A stretch of 59,043 bases of DNA, from sequence record DRR723986_9065. One strand, written 5' to 3'. The notes beneath the pieces were generated by a model. It made no database searches. It was given only the letters and a program-made list of their open reading frames with translations, and was not told the DNA's origin. The translations under genes and the position numbers were made by a program. Below are positions 38,127-47,132 of the stretch, piece by piece. Within the stretch, counting starts at the first letter, position 1. Each line of letters opens with the position of its first letter.

Positions 38127-39860
38127 AGCCGGCTCTAATTTTGAGTCGTCAATTGGCTTCATCATTCTTGTAACTGGATAGCGATTGTGCGTGCGCTCGT
38201 AGTTATCGGAGCGTTTGTAAATAAAATACAATTGCATGAAGGCGTCTTGCGCAAAATCAGCATCTTCTTTTTTCTTTTTCTCAAAATCCGCTTTCAGTTC
38301 AGGATCGTTTTTTAATAATTCTGCAGCCTTATCCTCAAAAACATAAGCAGAAAACCATTCTTTTTGTTGTAAAATAGCATCAAAGAAATTCCACGCAAAA
38401 TAGCTGTCAGGAGCGTTAGGCTCTAAAGTTTCGACAATGAATCGATTCATTTTATTGTTACAAGGAATCACATAATCCCCTTTATGGTAAGCGATTGTCT
38501 TGTTTTCTTTTGAAATTTGAATGTTTCTATGCAGATAATGTCCTTCATAGGGGCGAGGACTTGTTTCATAATCATCAATAAAATAGGCTTCAACGTCTAA
38601 TAATTCATCATTGCTTAGTCGAAACATTTGTACGTTACTCATTTGCAAACGAATTATTACTTCTGTCCAAGCTTGTGGAATAATGTAATAATTCGGTTTT
38701 TCAGCGGTGGCAGTAGTTGAGTAAGTATTGTAATATTTTATTCGTTTAGACCAAGGTTGATCGCGATCATATGACAACCTTTCTAAACCAGTTACCTCAC
38801 TTTTTTTATAGACCGCCTCATATCCATTAAAATCAATTAATTCATAATTTGAAGTATCCAATTTCCAATTGATATCAAAGTTGGATTGAGATGTTGTTTT
38901 GGTATCAGCTTTTTGCTTTAGTTCTTTTAGTTCGTCCGCATTCTTATCCATAAATTGAACAAGAATGTCTAAAAATTCATAAGTGGATTCAACTCTATCT
39001 TGATAAGGCTTTAGCATGTGTGCTTCTGTAACAAAGCTTATGCAGTTAAACAGATTTGTGTATCCCGTTGAATATCTTGGCGTTTCTAAGTAATCCTGTA
39101 TTCCGTTATCTGGTGTTTTATCGACTTGGTGAACATAGGGTACCATTGGGTATGATCTATTTTTCATCTCCGCAAAAAGATGTGGGTTCAGTTTTGATTT
39201 GGTGTATTGTCCCAAATCAGTTTGCATTTTATTGATTTGACTGGTGATTAAGGTCATCACATGTTGGTAATCTGCTCCGTTAGAAGTATGGGTATCCACA
39301 AAAATGTTTGGTTCAAGGAAATGAAATATCTTAAAAAATGTTCTGGAGTTTTTACTGTCACTTTTAATGAAATCCCTGTTTAAATCAAGATTTTTAGCAT
39401 TGCCTCTAAAGCCATATTCTTGCGGGCCATTTTGGTTGGCTCTGCTACAACAAGATCGGTTATGACCTCCGCCAACATTGTACATTGGAATAATTCCTAT
39501 CACCACATTTTCAGGTAAAGATTCTTCATTTGATAGATAAGTTTTTGCCAGTTTAACTGAAGCGTCAACTCCACATGGCTCGCCTGGATGAATCGCATTG
39601 TTGATTAACAGAACCGTCTTATTTTTAAATGAAGCTTTGGTGAAAGAGCCCGTTTTGCTAATCAAAAAAAGTTGAATGTTTTCTCCATAATCACTCGGTC
39701 CGAATTGAATTATTTTAGCTGTACTAGGATGTTTTTTAGCTAAAGCTGAATATTCGTTTTGAAGTTCGTGATAGGTATAAGTTTGATTAGACTCATATAA
39801 CTCTTGAGTAAAAGCTTGAGATACAAGAGTGATCAAACTGAATAATATAAGATGTTTCAT
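38106..39860 (-). CDS. M14 family zinc carboxypeptidase
   Basis: NAIHPGEPCG (HxxE), DLNRDF, DTHTSNGADYQH; signal AFT|Q from ATG 39860 (the 39905 start lies in a terminator). Confidence 0.9.
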   Translation of the reverse strand: MKHLILFSLITLVSQAFTQELYESNQTYTYHELQNEYSALAKKHPSTAKIIQFGPSDYGENIQLFLISKTGSFTKASFKNKTVLLINNAIHPGEPCGVDASVKLAKTYLSNEESLPENVVIGIIPMYNVGGGHNRSCCSRANQNGPQEYGFRGNAKNLDLNRDFIKSDSKNSRTFFKIFHFLEPNIFVDTHTSNGADYQHVMTLITSQINKMQTDLGQYTKSKLNPHLFAEMKNRSYPMVPYVHQVDKTPDNGIQDYLETPRYSTGYTNLFNCISFVTEAHMLKPYQDRVESTYEFLDILVQFMDKNADELKELKQKADTKTTSQSNFDINWKLDTSNYELIDFNGYEAVYKKSEVTGLERLSYDRDQPWSKRIKYYNTYSTTATAEKPNYYIIPQAWTEVIIRLQMSNVQMFRLSNDELLDVEAYFIDDYETSPRPYEGHYLHRNIQISKENKTIAYHKGDYVIPCNNKMNRFIVETLEPNAPDSYFAWNFFDAILQQKEWFSAYVFEDKAAELLKNDPELKADFEKKKKEDADFAQDAFMQLYFIYKRSDNYERTHNRYPVTRMMKPIDDSKLEPASLLIGG

Positions 39861-39886
39861 AAAATCAATATCTAGTTCAAAGAAAC

Positions 39887-39920
39887 AAAAAAGGAGCCAC
39901 AACACAATTGCCGTGACTCC
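39887..39920 (-). terminator. Rho-independent terminator after the paralog pair
   Basis: Minus strand GGAGTCAC-ggcaattgtgtt-GTGGCTCC-TTTTTT. Confidence 0.75.
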
Positions 39921-39955
39921 CTTACATGTAAAACAAAGTGATTAATTACCCTTGT

Positions 39956-41095
39956 TTAATTAATGTTTTTCTTTTTTCTTGTGATGTTGAAACCAACACT
40001 TAATCCTACCATTCCACCTTTTTTAATTGAAGAATAGAAAACATTTACCGGTACATTCAAAGCTCCTGACTTAAATGTTCTTCCTACGGCCATGATCCAC
40101 TTTGTGCTGAATTTGTAATCTCCTCTTTTATCAAGCGTTTTCTTATAGAAATAGCCGTTTTCTTCTAGGGCAGATGCACTATTGTCAAATCCCGCATTTC
40201 CTAGCTCATCTCTTGTCCAGTATTTACCATAACGAGTTGGGTCATATATACCGTCATGATCAAAGAATCCAGTTGATGTTCTGGCTAAGCCAAAACTAGG
40301 TCCGAATGCAAATTCCCATCCAGCTTTTCCAAATCTAAACCCGTTCATTACGGCCACGCTTGGTATAAATTTGCCTTGTTCTAGACCAGTTAAGGTTGGA
40401 ATAAATTCGAAAAGCGCTGAGAAATTTTCTGTTCCCACATATTGAACCTCAAATTGGTAACCGATATTAGAAAACATTGGTTGCATGTTCATTCCCCCTT
40501 GATCTTCTGATCGTGTAAGGAATTCATTCAATGAACCATGAGCCATTGCAAACCCCATTCTTGGTCCTGAATTGTTAACTTGACCAACGTTAGTTGAGGT
40601 AATCATCTCATTTTTATAAGATAGACTTTTATAAAGTTCTGGATCTGGTTCTAAACCATGCAGCTTCTGAACTGTGATTCCAATCATTCTTTGCAATTCA
40701 GATTCTTGATCATCAAACTGCTCTGAAACTGTTTTCGTTACCTGTTTAGATTTAACATCTATCAGTTTTAAAGTGATGATAATTTTAGACCCAATCTTAT
40801 CAATACTTCCTGATGCTACTAAATCAACATTTAGCTGCTCGCCATAAGCGATTAGACAGTTTTTAGCATAGCAAGAATCAAATGCTGCTGGATCTTCAAC
40901 TTCATACATGTCAAATTGATCTAAGACATTGTATTTGTCGAGCTTTACTAATTCCATTCTAACCAGTTTAGATGCAGTTGAAGAATGAGCGTATACTTTA
41001 TAGGTGTTGATTGGGCCTACTGCGATCGATTGAGCCATTGAATTACCGGCAAACATGATCAGTACAAATGCGAATATTGTTTTTAAAGTTTTCAT
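39956..41095 (-). CDS. Hypothetical exported protein: CsgG/TolB_N-like N-domain plus putative small beta-barrel (paralog 2)
   Basis: Signal SMA|Q; CY.K.CL...G..LNVD...SGSID.IG.KII..LKLIDVK; C-half has alternating aromatic/Gly strands and ends VGFNI. Confidence 0.72.
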   Translation of the reverse strand: MKTLKTIFAFVLIMFAGNSMAQSIAVGPINTYKVYAHSSTASKLVRMELVKLDKYNVLDQFDMYEVEDPAAFDSCYAKNCLIAYGEQLNVDLVASGSIDKIGSKIIITLKLIDVKSKQVTKTVSEQFDDQESELQRMIGITVQKLHGLEPDPELYKSLSYKNEMITSTNVGQVNNSGPRMGFAMAHGSLNEFLTRSEDQGGMNMQPMFSNIGYQFEVQYVGTENFSALFEFIPTLTGLEQGKFIPSVAVMNGFRFGKAGWEFAFGPSFGLARTSTGFFDHDGIYDPTRYGKYWTRDELGNAGFDNSASALEENGYFYKKTLDKRGDYKFSTKWIMAVGRTFKSGALNVPVNVFYSSIKKGGMVGLSVGFNITRKKKNIN

Positions 41096-41125
41096 AATTA
41101 ATGTTTTACAAGTTTCTATTGAGAC

Positions 41126-42310
41126 TTAAAATTTTTGATTGATTGACTTTTTTTGTTTTACAATGTTGAATCCAACACTTGATCCTAATACATATCCATA
41201 GCTGTTTCCTGAGTAATAAAGGTTTACAGGGATGTTTAATGCTCCTGATCTGAAAGTTCTACCAACTGCCATTATCCAGTTTGTGTTGAAATCTAGTTTT
41301 CCTCTTGTATCTAATCTTTTAGAATAGCTTACTGTAGGCTCTTTGAATTCATTAATTACGCTTCCTGTAGTTGGGTCAAAATTGCTTTCGTCATTAGCCC
41401 ATGAATCGTACTCTTTGTTATACCATTCAGATTCGGTGTAAAATTTACCGTCCTCATCATTTAAGTATCCGTTCGCTAATTTTCTAGCTCCGAAACTTGG
41501 TCCAAAGGCAAATTCCCATCCTGATTGACCGAATCTGAATCCGTTCAATAAACTTAATGTCGGGATGAACTGTCCTTGTTCCATTCCAGCAATATTTGGG
41601 ATGATTTCAAAAAGAGCAGAGAAATTTTCTGTTCCTATATATTGCATTTCAAATTGGTAACCAATATTGGTCATAAAGGGGTTGATGTCTAATCCACCAT
41701 CTTGCTCTGAACGAGTTAAGAAATCATTCATTCCGTTGCCATTTAAGCTTGGCGCTACTGCAATTCCAAAACGTGGACCTGAATTATTAATTCTACCAAC
41801 ATTTGAAGAAGTAATCACCTCATTTTTAAATGCAAGACGTTTTTTAGTTTCTTCATTTACAGGTAATCCAAGCATTTCTTGAAGCGTAATTTCAATCATT
41901 CTAGAAATTTCTAGAGGCTGATCATCAAACTCCATTGATTTGGTCGATTTGATTTGTTGACCCTTTACATCAATTAATTTTAAGTTGACTACAATCTTTT
42001 TCCCTAAAGCATCAATGCTTCCAGATAACATATAATCAACATTCAATGCTTGTCCCATTTCGATAAGACAAGATTTTCCGTAGCACTCTTCAAAATTTTG
42101 ATTTGCTAAGGCAGATTCCATATCAAACTCATCAAGTACTGTATACTTTTCAGTTTTAATAAATTCAATACGAGTTAATTTAGCAGCTACTTCAGGTGTT
42201 AAGCCCACTCCGTGTGTGCTTAAGTTACTTACTGCTGCTGTTTGCGCTCTTGATACTGTTCCGAACAACATCATGAACATTAGATGGATAAAAATTACTT
42301 TTGTTTTCAT
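41126..42310 (-). CDS. Hypothetical exported protein: CsgG/TolB_N-like N-domain plus putative small beta-barrel (paralog 1)
   Basis: Signal SRA|Q; shares long blocks with 39956..41095 (NNSGPR.G, FLTRSE..GG, NIGYQFE.QY.GTENFSALFE.IP, WEFAFGPSFG, WIMAVGRTF.SGALN.PVN). Confidence 0.72.
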   Translation of the reverse strand: MKTKVIFIHLMFMMLFGTVSRAQTAAVSNLSTHGVGLTPEVAAKLTRIEFIKTEKYTVLDEFDMESALANQNFEECYGKSCLIEMGQALNVDYMLSGSIDALGKKIVVNLKLIDVKGQQIKSTKSMEFDDQPLEISRMIEITLQEMLGLPVNEETKKRLAFKNEVITSSNVGRINNSGPRFGIAVAPSLNGNGMNDFLTRSEQDGGLDINPFMTNIGYQFEMQYIGTENFSALFEIIPNIAGMEQGQFIPTLSLLNGFRFGQSGWEFAFGPSFGARKLANGYLNDEDGKFYTESEWYNKEYDSWANDESNFDPTTGSVINEFKEPTVSYSKRLDTRGKLDFNTNWIMAVGRTFRSGALNIPVNLYYSGNSYGYVLGSSVGFNIVKQKKSINQKF

Positions 42311-42332
42311 GTTTATTTGTTTTTGTTTGTTA

Positions 42333-42340
42333 CAAATCTA
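42333..42340 (-). promoter_or_regulatory. -7 box (TAGATTTG) for the paralog pair
   Basis: Matches TAnnTTTG, 22 nt upstream of ATG 42310. Confidence 0.65.
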
Positions 42341-42389
42341 GGGGGGATGTACGCCAAAATAGAATTGAATAACGCAGCACTGAATTAAA

Positions 42390-42408
42390 TTTTGCGATTA
42401 TCGCAAAA
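42390..42408. promoter_or_regulatory. Perfect 9-1-9 inverted repeat, candidate operator
   Basis: TTTTGCGAT-T-ATCGCAAAA in a divergent promoter region. Confidence 0.55.
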
Positions 42409-42523
42409 ACCTATTTCCTGAATTTGATTGATGATTATTAATGTTTGAATGTTATTCCTAAGCGCTTTGTTGATTTAGCCTATTTCGTTTGCTTAAAGCT
42501 GATTACTTTCGCTTCCTTATATA

Positions 42524-42531
42524 TACATTTG
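42524..42531 (+). promoter_or_regulatory. -7 box (TACATTTG) for the RND operon
   Basis: Matches TAnnTTTG, 19 nt upstream of ATG 42551. Confidence 0.65.
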
Positions 42532-42550
42532 TGTTGCATATTAGCGCGTT

Positions 42551-43678
42551 ATGAAATTAAGACACGGAATAATTATTGGTATTTTTCTTTTAATCAATAT
42601 TGCGGTTCTCAGCTCATTAAATTTTGGAGGATCAAAAGAAAAGGAAGAAGAGAAAGAAGATTTGGTATTCGTTCAGAATTTATCTGCCGTTACCGTAGAA
42701 AATAAAAAAGAGATATTTAATGTTCAAGGATTCGGGTCGGTATCTTCGTTTAATACAGTTGATGTTTCTAGTGAGGTACAAGGAAAGCTCATTCAAGGCA
42801 AGCACGATTTAAAATCAGGAGTTAAATTTTCTAAGGGAGATCTGTTGTATAGAGTTGATGACACTGAAGCGAGATACACACTGAGATCTAGAAAGAGTAA
42901 TTTCTTAAATATTCTTGCGGTGATGATGCCGGATATTCAAGTTGATTTTGCGAGCGAATTTGGAAAATGGGAAAACTACATTGCCAGCGTTAAGTTAAAT
43001 GAGCCTTTGCCTCAGTTACCTTCTTGGAAAAGTAATAAGGAGAAAATTTTTCTTTCAACTAGAAATGTATTGACTGAGTATTTCTCAATTAAAAGTGCAG
43101 AAGAACAACTTAAAAAATTCAGCGTTAGTGCTCCTTTTTCTGGAATGATTAAAGATGTCTATATAGCGAATCATGCAGTTGTTAATCCAGGTTCTCGTGT
43201 CATGACCATTGTGCAAACGGGTAACTTTGAAATTGCAGTTTCCATTCCAGCTGGTCAGTTAGATGTGATATCCATTGGTTCTGAATGTGAGGTTCAAACA
43301 ACTACGGGAGAATTAAAAGGGCAAGGAAAAGTTGTTCGAATTTCAGATGTGATTAACAGAAATACACAAGCCGTAACAGTCTATGTACGTCCGACTCCGA
43401 TAGAAGGAAAATCTTTTGTAGAAGGTGAATACCTGAAAGTAGCCATTGATGCTCAAGGAGAATTTAATGGCGCAAGAATTCCACAGAGTGCATTGATGGA
43501 TAACAAGGTCTTCGTTTATTCTCATAAAGATTCAACTTTGTCTGAAAAAGAAATTGTTGTTCTAGATAAAAACCAAGAAGGTGTTTTTGTTTCAGGTTTG
43601 GCACCAAAAGAAACCGTGATTACACAGGAAGTCTTGAATTTTACAGACAGCGCCAAATACGGAGTTTTGATCAAATAA
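42551..43678 (+). CDS. RND efflux periplasmic adaptor (MFP) subunit
   Basis: N-terminal TM; SEVQGK, G.KF.KGDLL, V.APFSG.I, V.PG; first gene of an MFP-RND-TolC operon. Confidence 0.92.
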   Translation: MKLRHGIIIGIFLLINIAVLSSLNFGGSKEKEEEKEDLVFVQNLSAVTVENKKEIFNVQGFGSVSSFNTVDVSSEVQGKLIQGKHDLKSGVKFSKGDLLYRVDDTEARYTLRSRKSNFLNILAVMMPDIQVDFASEFGKWENYIASVKLNEPLPQLPSWKSNKEKIFLSTRNVLTEYFSIKSAEEQLKKFSVSAPFSGMIKDVYIANHAVVNPGSRVMTIVQTGNFEIAVSIPAGQLDVISIGSECEVQTTTGELKGQGKVVRISDVINRNTQAVTVYVRPTPIEGKSFVEGEYLKVAIDAQGEFNGARIPQSALMDNKVFVYSHKDSTLSEKEIVVLDKNQEGVFVSGLAPKETVITQEVLNFTDSAKYGVLIK

Positions 43679-43679
43679 G

Positions 43680-46600
43680 ATGAGAAGTTTAGTTCAATTT
43701 TTCATAAAGAAACCAATTTGGGCCAATGCGATCATTATAGTTGCAATTCTATTTGGTGTATTCAGCTTGTTTAAGATGAATCGCTCATTTTTTCCTGAGC
43801 TTGATCCCAAAACTGTTATCGTTAGTGTCATGTATCCAGGTGCTTCTCCTCAGGAAATGGAGGATGGGGTTACTATAAAAATTGAACAGGCGCTAAGGGG
43901 AATTGATGGGGTTGAAATGATTACATCAACATCTAGTGAAAACGTTGCCACAATTAAAGTAAAAGGCTTCGAAGGAACCGATATGGATGAGGTGTATAAG
44001 GATGTTGAGAATGCGGTAAGTAGCATTAACTCCTTTCCACAAGGTGCTGAAAAACCCATTATTAATAGATTGAAATCTAATCCAATGTCAGAAATGGTGG
44101 CTACCATTGGATTAAGAGGGAGTAAAGATTTAGCTGTATTAAAAAAGGAAGCAGATCGAGTTGAGAACGACCTATACGCTTCTGGTTTAATTTCAATTAT
44201 TGATTTAAGAGGTTTTCCTCAAATGGAATTGGTGATCAATGTTCGTGAGAATGATTTATTGAAATATAACATGCTCATAGATGAAATCTCTATGGCGATT
44301 CAAAAAAATAATCAAGACTTAACGGGAGGAATTTTACGTAACTCTAAAGAAGAATTGATTATTCGTTCAAGAGAAAGAACAACAGACCCTCATGAAATTG
44401 AGCAAATCGTTTTAAGAACTACCATTGATGGTCAAAAAATCACAATTGGTGATGTTGCTGATGTACAGCTCGGTTTTTCTGAAGAATCATATGAAGTGTA
44501 CTCTGGTGGATTGCCAGCGATATCAATAGATGTTAAAAAGACTCCTGATCAAGACCTTGGCGCGATAACCGATTTTATCAAAGAATATATAGTTGTGTAT
44601 AACGCGGATAATCATCCGGCTAAACTCAACATGGAGTATGAATTTGCTGCTTCATTACAAGATCGTATTAATCTTTTAACCAATAACGGATTAGTGGGAC
44701 TGGTGCTCGTATTAATTATGCTTGGACTGTTTTTATCAACTAGGTTGTCCTTATGGGTGGCGTTTGGAATTCCATTTTCATTTTTAGGCATGTTCATTAT
44801 TGCTTTTCAGTTAGGATTGACCATTAATATGATTTCACTTTTTGGGATGATTCTAGTTGTAGGAATTTTGGTGGATGATGGAATTGTGATTGCTGAAAAT
44901 ATCTATTCTCATTTTGAAAGAGGTAAATCACCATTTAGAGCCGCGCTTGATGGCGCAATGGAAGTAATGCCTTCAGTATTTACCTCAGTACTAACTACGA
45001 TTGCAGCATTTTCAATATTATTATTTGTTGAAAAAATGGAGATGATGCGCGAAATGCCCATTGTGGTAATCGTTGCGCTTGCTTTCTCTTTAATAGAAGC
45101 CTTTATTATTCTACCTGTGCATTTGGCCAGTGAAAAGGTATTGCGAAAGGCTGAACCAGGTACAAAACGTCACGCCATCAGATCTAAAATCACCGCGGCA
45201 ATAACTTATTTAAAAGATAAGGTATTTATGGATGTCTTAGCTTTTGCGACCAAACGCTATCGAGCATACGTATTATTGCCCCTAATTTTCACGGCATTCG
45301 TGATTACATTTAGTTTTCAAGGCTTGATAAATTTCACTTTTTTCCCGGAAATTAAGCCCGATAGAGTTTTATTAGAAATTGCTTTTGAGCAAGGTACAGG
45401 AAAAGAGGTTACTAAGAATTGGTTGCTGAAAGCAGAGAAAATGGTGCTTGAAGCAAACGAAGAATTGGCTGAAGAAACAGGGGATACCTTGTTGAGCGAG
45501 TATTCAGTAATGCTGGGCGCTACACAATCTATTGGGGAAACAGGTTTTCATACTGGGATGATCACCATGATCATTGATGGGGAAGGGAAGAAAACCCCGG
45601 TTGATTCCTTATTAAGTCGAATAACACGAAAAGTAAACACCATTGAGGATACCAAATTAGCCTCCAATCTCTTCATTGGTGGTAATATCAATAATTTCGG
45701 TAAACCAATAGAGTTCTCATTCACAGGAAATGATGACGTTCAAATCAGGTTAGCGAAGGATAAATTCAAGCAATATGTACAGGATATCCCTTTGGTTAGC
45801 AATTTAAAAGATAACGAGCCTTTAGGAAGAAAAGAAATCAATTTAAAAATGAAACCTGAGGCAGATTTTTATGGTTTAGGGATTTTTGAAGTGACCAAAC
45901 AAATTCGTCAGGGTATTTTTGGGCAAGAGGCACAGAGAGTGATTGTTGGAACAGATGAGGTGAAAATTTGGGTGCGTTATTCTGAAGAAGATCGTGAAGA
46001 TCAATTCGATTTAAACAACATGCGTATCAAAAGTGCTGATGGCAAACAAATATTATTGAGTGAGTTGGTGACCTATTCAATTAAAAGGGGGCCAGTAAGT
46101 TTAAAAAGAAGAGATGGGCGAAGAGAGATTGTTGTTGACGCTAGTGTAGATGATCCTACAAAAGTAGGGGAGGTCAATAAAAAAATTGTGGAAGATGTAT
46201 TGCCAAAAATTGAAGCACAATTCCCTGGAGTTGATATCATCCAAAGAGGTCAAGGCGAGCGAAGCGAAAAAGCACTGGCCTCCATGCAAATCAATGTGGC
46301 GATTTTGTTCGTGGTAATGATTATAATCATGTCATTAAATTTTGAATCTGTTTGGCAAGGACTGTTAATTCTACTTGTGGTTCCTGCTGGCGTTGCTGGA
46401 GGGATTCTGGGGCATTCGATTGTTGGTATTCCGGTATCTATTTTAAGTGCATTCGGAATGATTGCCCTCATTGGAATTTTAATTAACGACTCCATTGTGT
46501 TTTTAGATACCTACAATCGAAATTTACTGGAAGGTATGCCCACCAGAGAAGCAGCAATGGATGCTGCCAGATCTCGATTTAGACCAATCTTACTTACTTC

Positions 46601-47132
46601 TGTAACAACAGTTGCCGGATTACTTCCATTAATACTAGAGACTTCATTTCAAGCGCAATTTTTAATTCCAATGGCTGTGGCCATTGCATTCGGATTATTA
46701 TTTGGTACCGTCTTCATTTTGTTTTTCTTTCCTGCCATTATTTTGGTGCACAATGATATGAGAAGAGCTTGGGCTGCCGCTTTCAATGCCGGAGAAGGAC
46801 TAGATGAATATGGAAATAAACGTTCAGAATTCAAGAAAATACGTATGGCAATGCCTAAGATTCTAAAAATTACGGTCTCAGTTTACACGTTTGTAGTTCC
46901 AACGGTGTTTTTGATTTTGGGAATGACCTTTTTATTCAAAGGTGGCATTTTTGTTTATTTAGGAGTTGCCCTTTTAGTAGTTGGATCGGCGGTTGTCGCA
47001 TTTTTCCCAATTAAAATATTCGAAGGATTCTTAAGAATTCTATGGAAGAATGAAGGATTTGTTGATGCACGTGAGATTGAACCTGTTTTGATGAATAAAA
47101 AGCATCAAGAAAAACGAGAAATTGAGGGATGA
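43680..47132 (+). CDS. RND efflux permease (AcrB/AcrD/AcrF family)
   Basis: YPGASPQEME, INMISLFGMILVVGILVDDGIVIAENI, GILINDSIV, RFRPILLTS.TT..GLLP. Confidence 0.96.
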   Translation: MRSLVQFFIKKPIWANAIIIVAILFGVFSLFKMNRSFFPELDPKTVIVSVMYPGASPQEMEDGVTIKIEQALRGIDGVEMITSTSSENVATIKVKGFEGTDMDEVYKDVENAVSSINSFPQGAEKPIINRLKSNPMSEMVATIGLRGSKDLAVLKKEADRVENDLYASGLISIIDLRGFPQMELVINVRENDLLKYNMLIDEISMAIQKNNQDLTGGILRNSKEELIIRSRERTTDPHEIEQIVLRTTIDGQKITIGDVADVQLGFSEESYEVYSGGLPAISIDVKKTPDQDLGAITDFIKEYIVVYNADNHPAKLNMEYEFAASLQDRINLLTNNGLVGLVLVLIMLGLFLSTRLSLWVAFGIPFSFLGMFIIAFQLGLTINMISLFGMILVVGILVDDGIVIAENIYSHFERGKSPFRAALDGAMEVMPSVFTSVLTTIAAFSILLFVEKMEMMREMPIVVIVALAFSLIEAFIILPVHLASEKVLRKAEPGTKRHAIRSKITAAITYLKDKVFMDVLAFATKRYRAYVLLPLIFTAFVITFSFQGLINFTFFPEIKPDRVLLEIAFEQGTGKEVTKNWLLKAEKMVLEANEELAEETGDTLLSEYSVMLGATQSIGETGFHTGMITMIIDGEGKKTPVDSLLSRITRKVNTIEDTKLASNLFIGGNINNFGKPIEFSFTGNDDVQIRLAKDKFKQYVQDIPLVSNLKDNEPLGRKEINLKMKPEADFYGLGIFEVTKQIRQGIFGQEAQRVIVGTDEVKIWVRYSEEDREDQFDLNNMRIKSADGKQILLSELVTYSIKRGPVSLKRRDGRREIVVDASVDDPTKVGEVNKKIVEDVLPKIEAQFPGVDIIQRGQGERSEKALASMQINVAILFVVMIIIMSLNFESVWQGLLILLVVPAGVAGGILGHSIVGIPVSILSAFGMIALIGILINDSIVFLDTYNRNLLEGMPTREAAMDAARSRFRPILLTSVTTVAGLLPLILETSFQAQFLIPMAVAIAFGLLFGTVFILFFFPAIILVHNDMRRAWAAAFNAGEGLDEYGNKRSEFKKIRMAMPKILKITVSVYTFVVPTVFLILGMTFLFKGGIFVYLGVALLVVGSAVVAFFPIKIFEGFLRILWKNEGFVDAREIEPVLMNKKHQEKREIEG

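Noticed and set aside
42341..42346. G6 run next to a -7 box, and an A10 run at 21332-21341, as phase-variation tracts
   Set aside because: G6 is too short and A-runs are common in AT-rich intergenic DNA; cannot be supported without read-level data.
42445..42705. 86-aa TTG-start ORF overlapping the RND adaptor start
   Set aside because: Spans the -7 promoter box and overlaps the adaptor gene out of frame.
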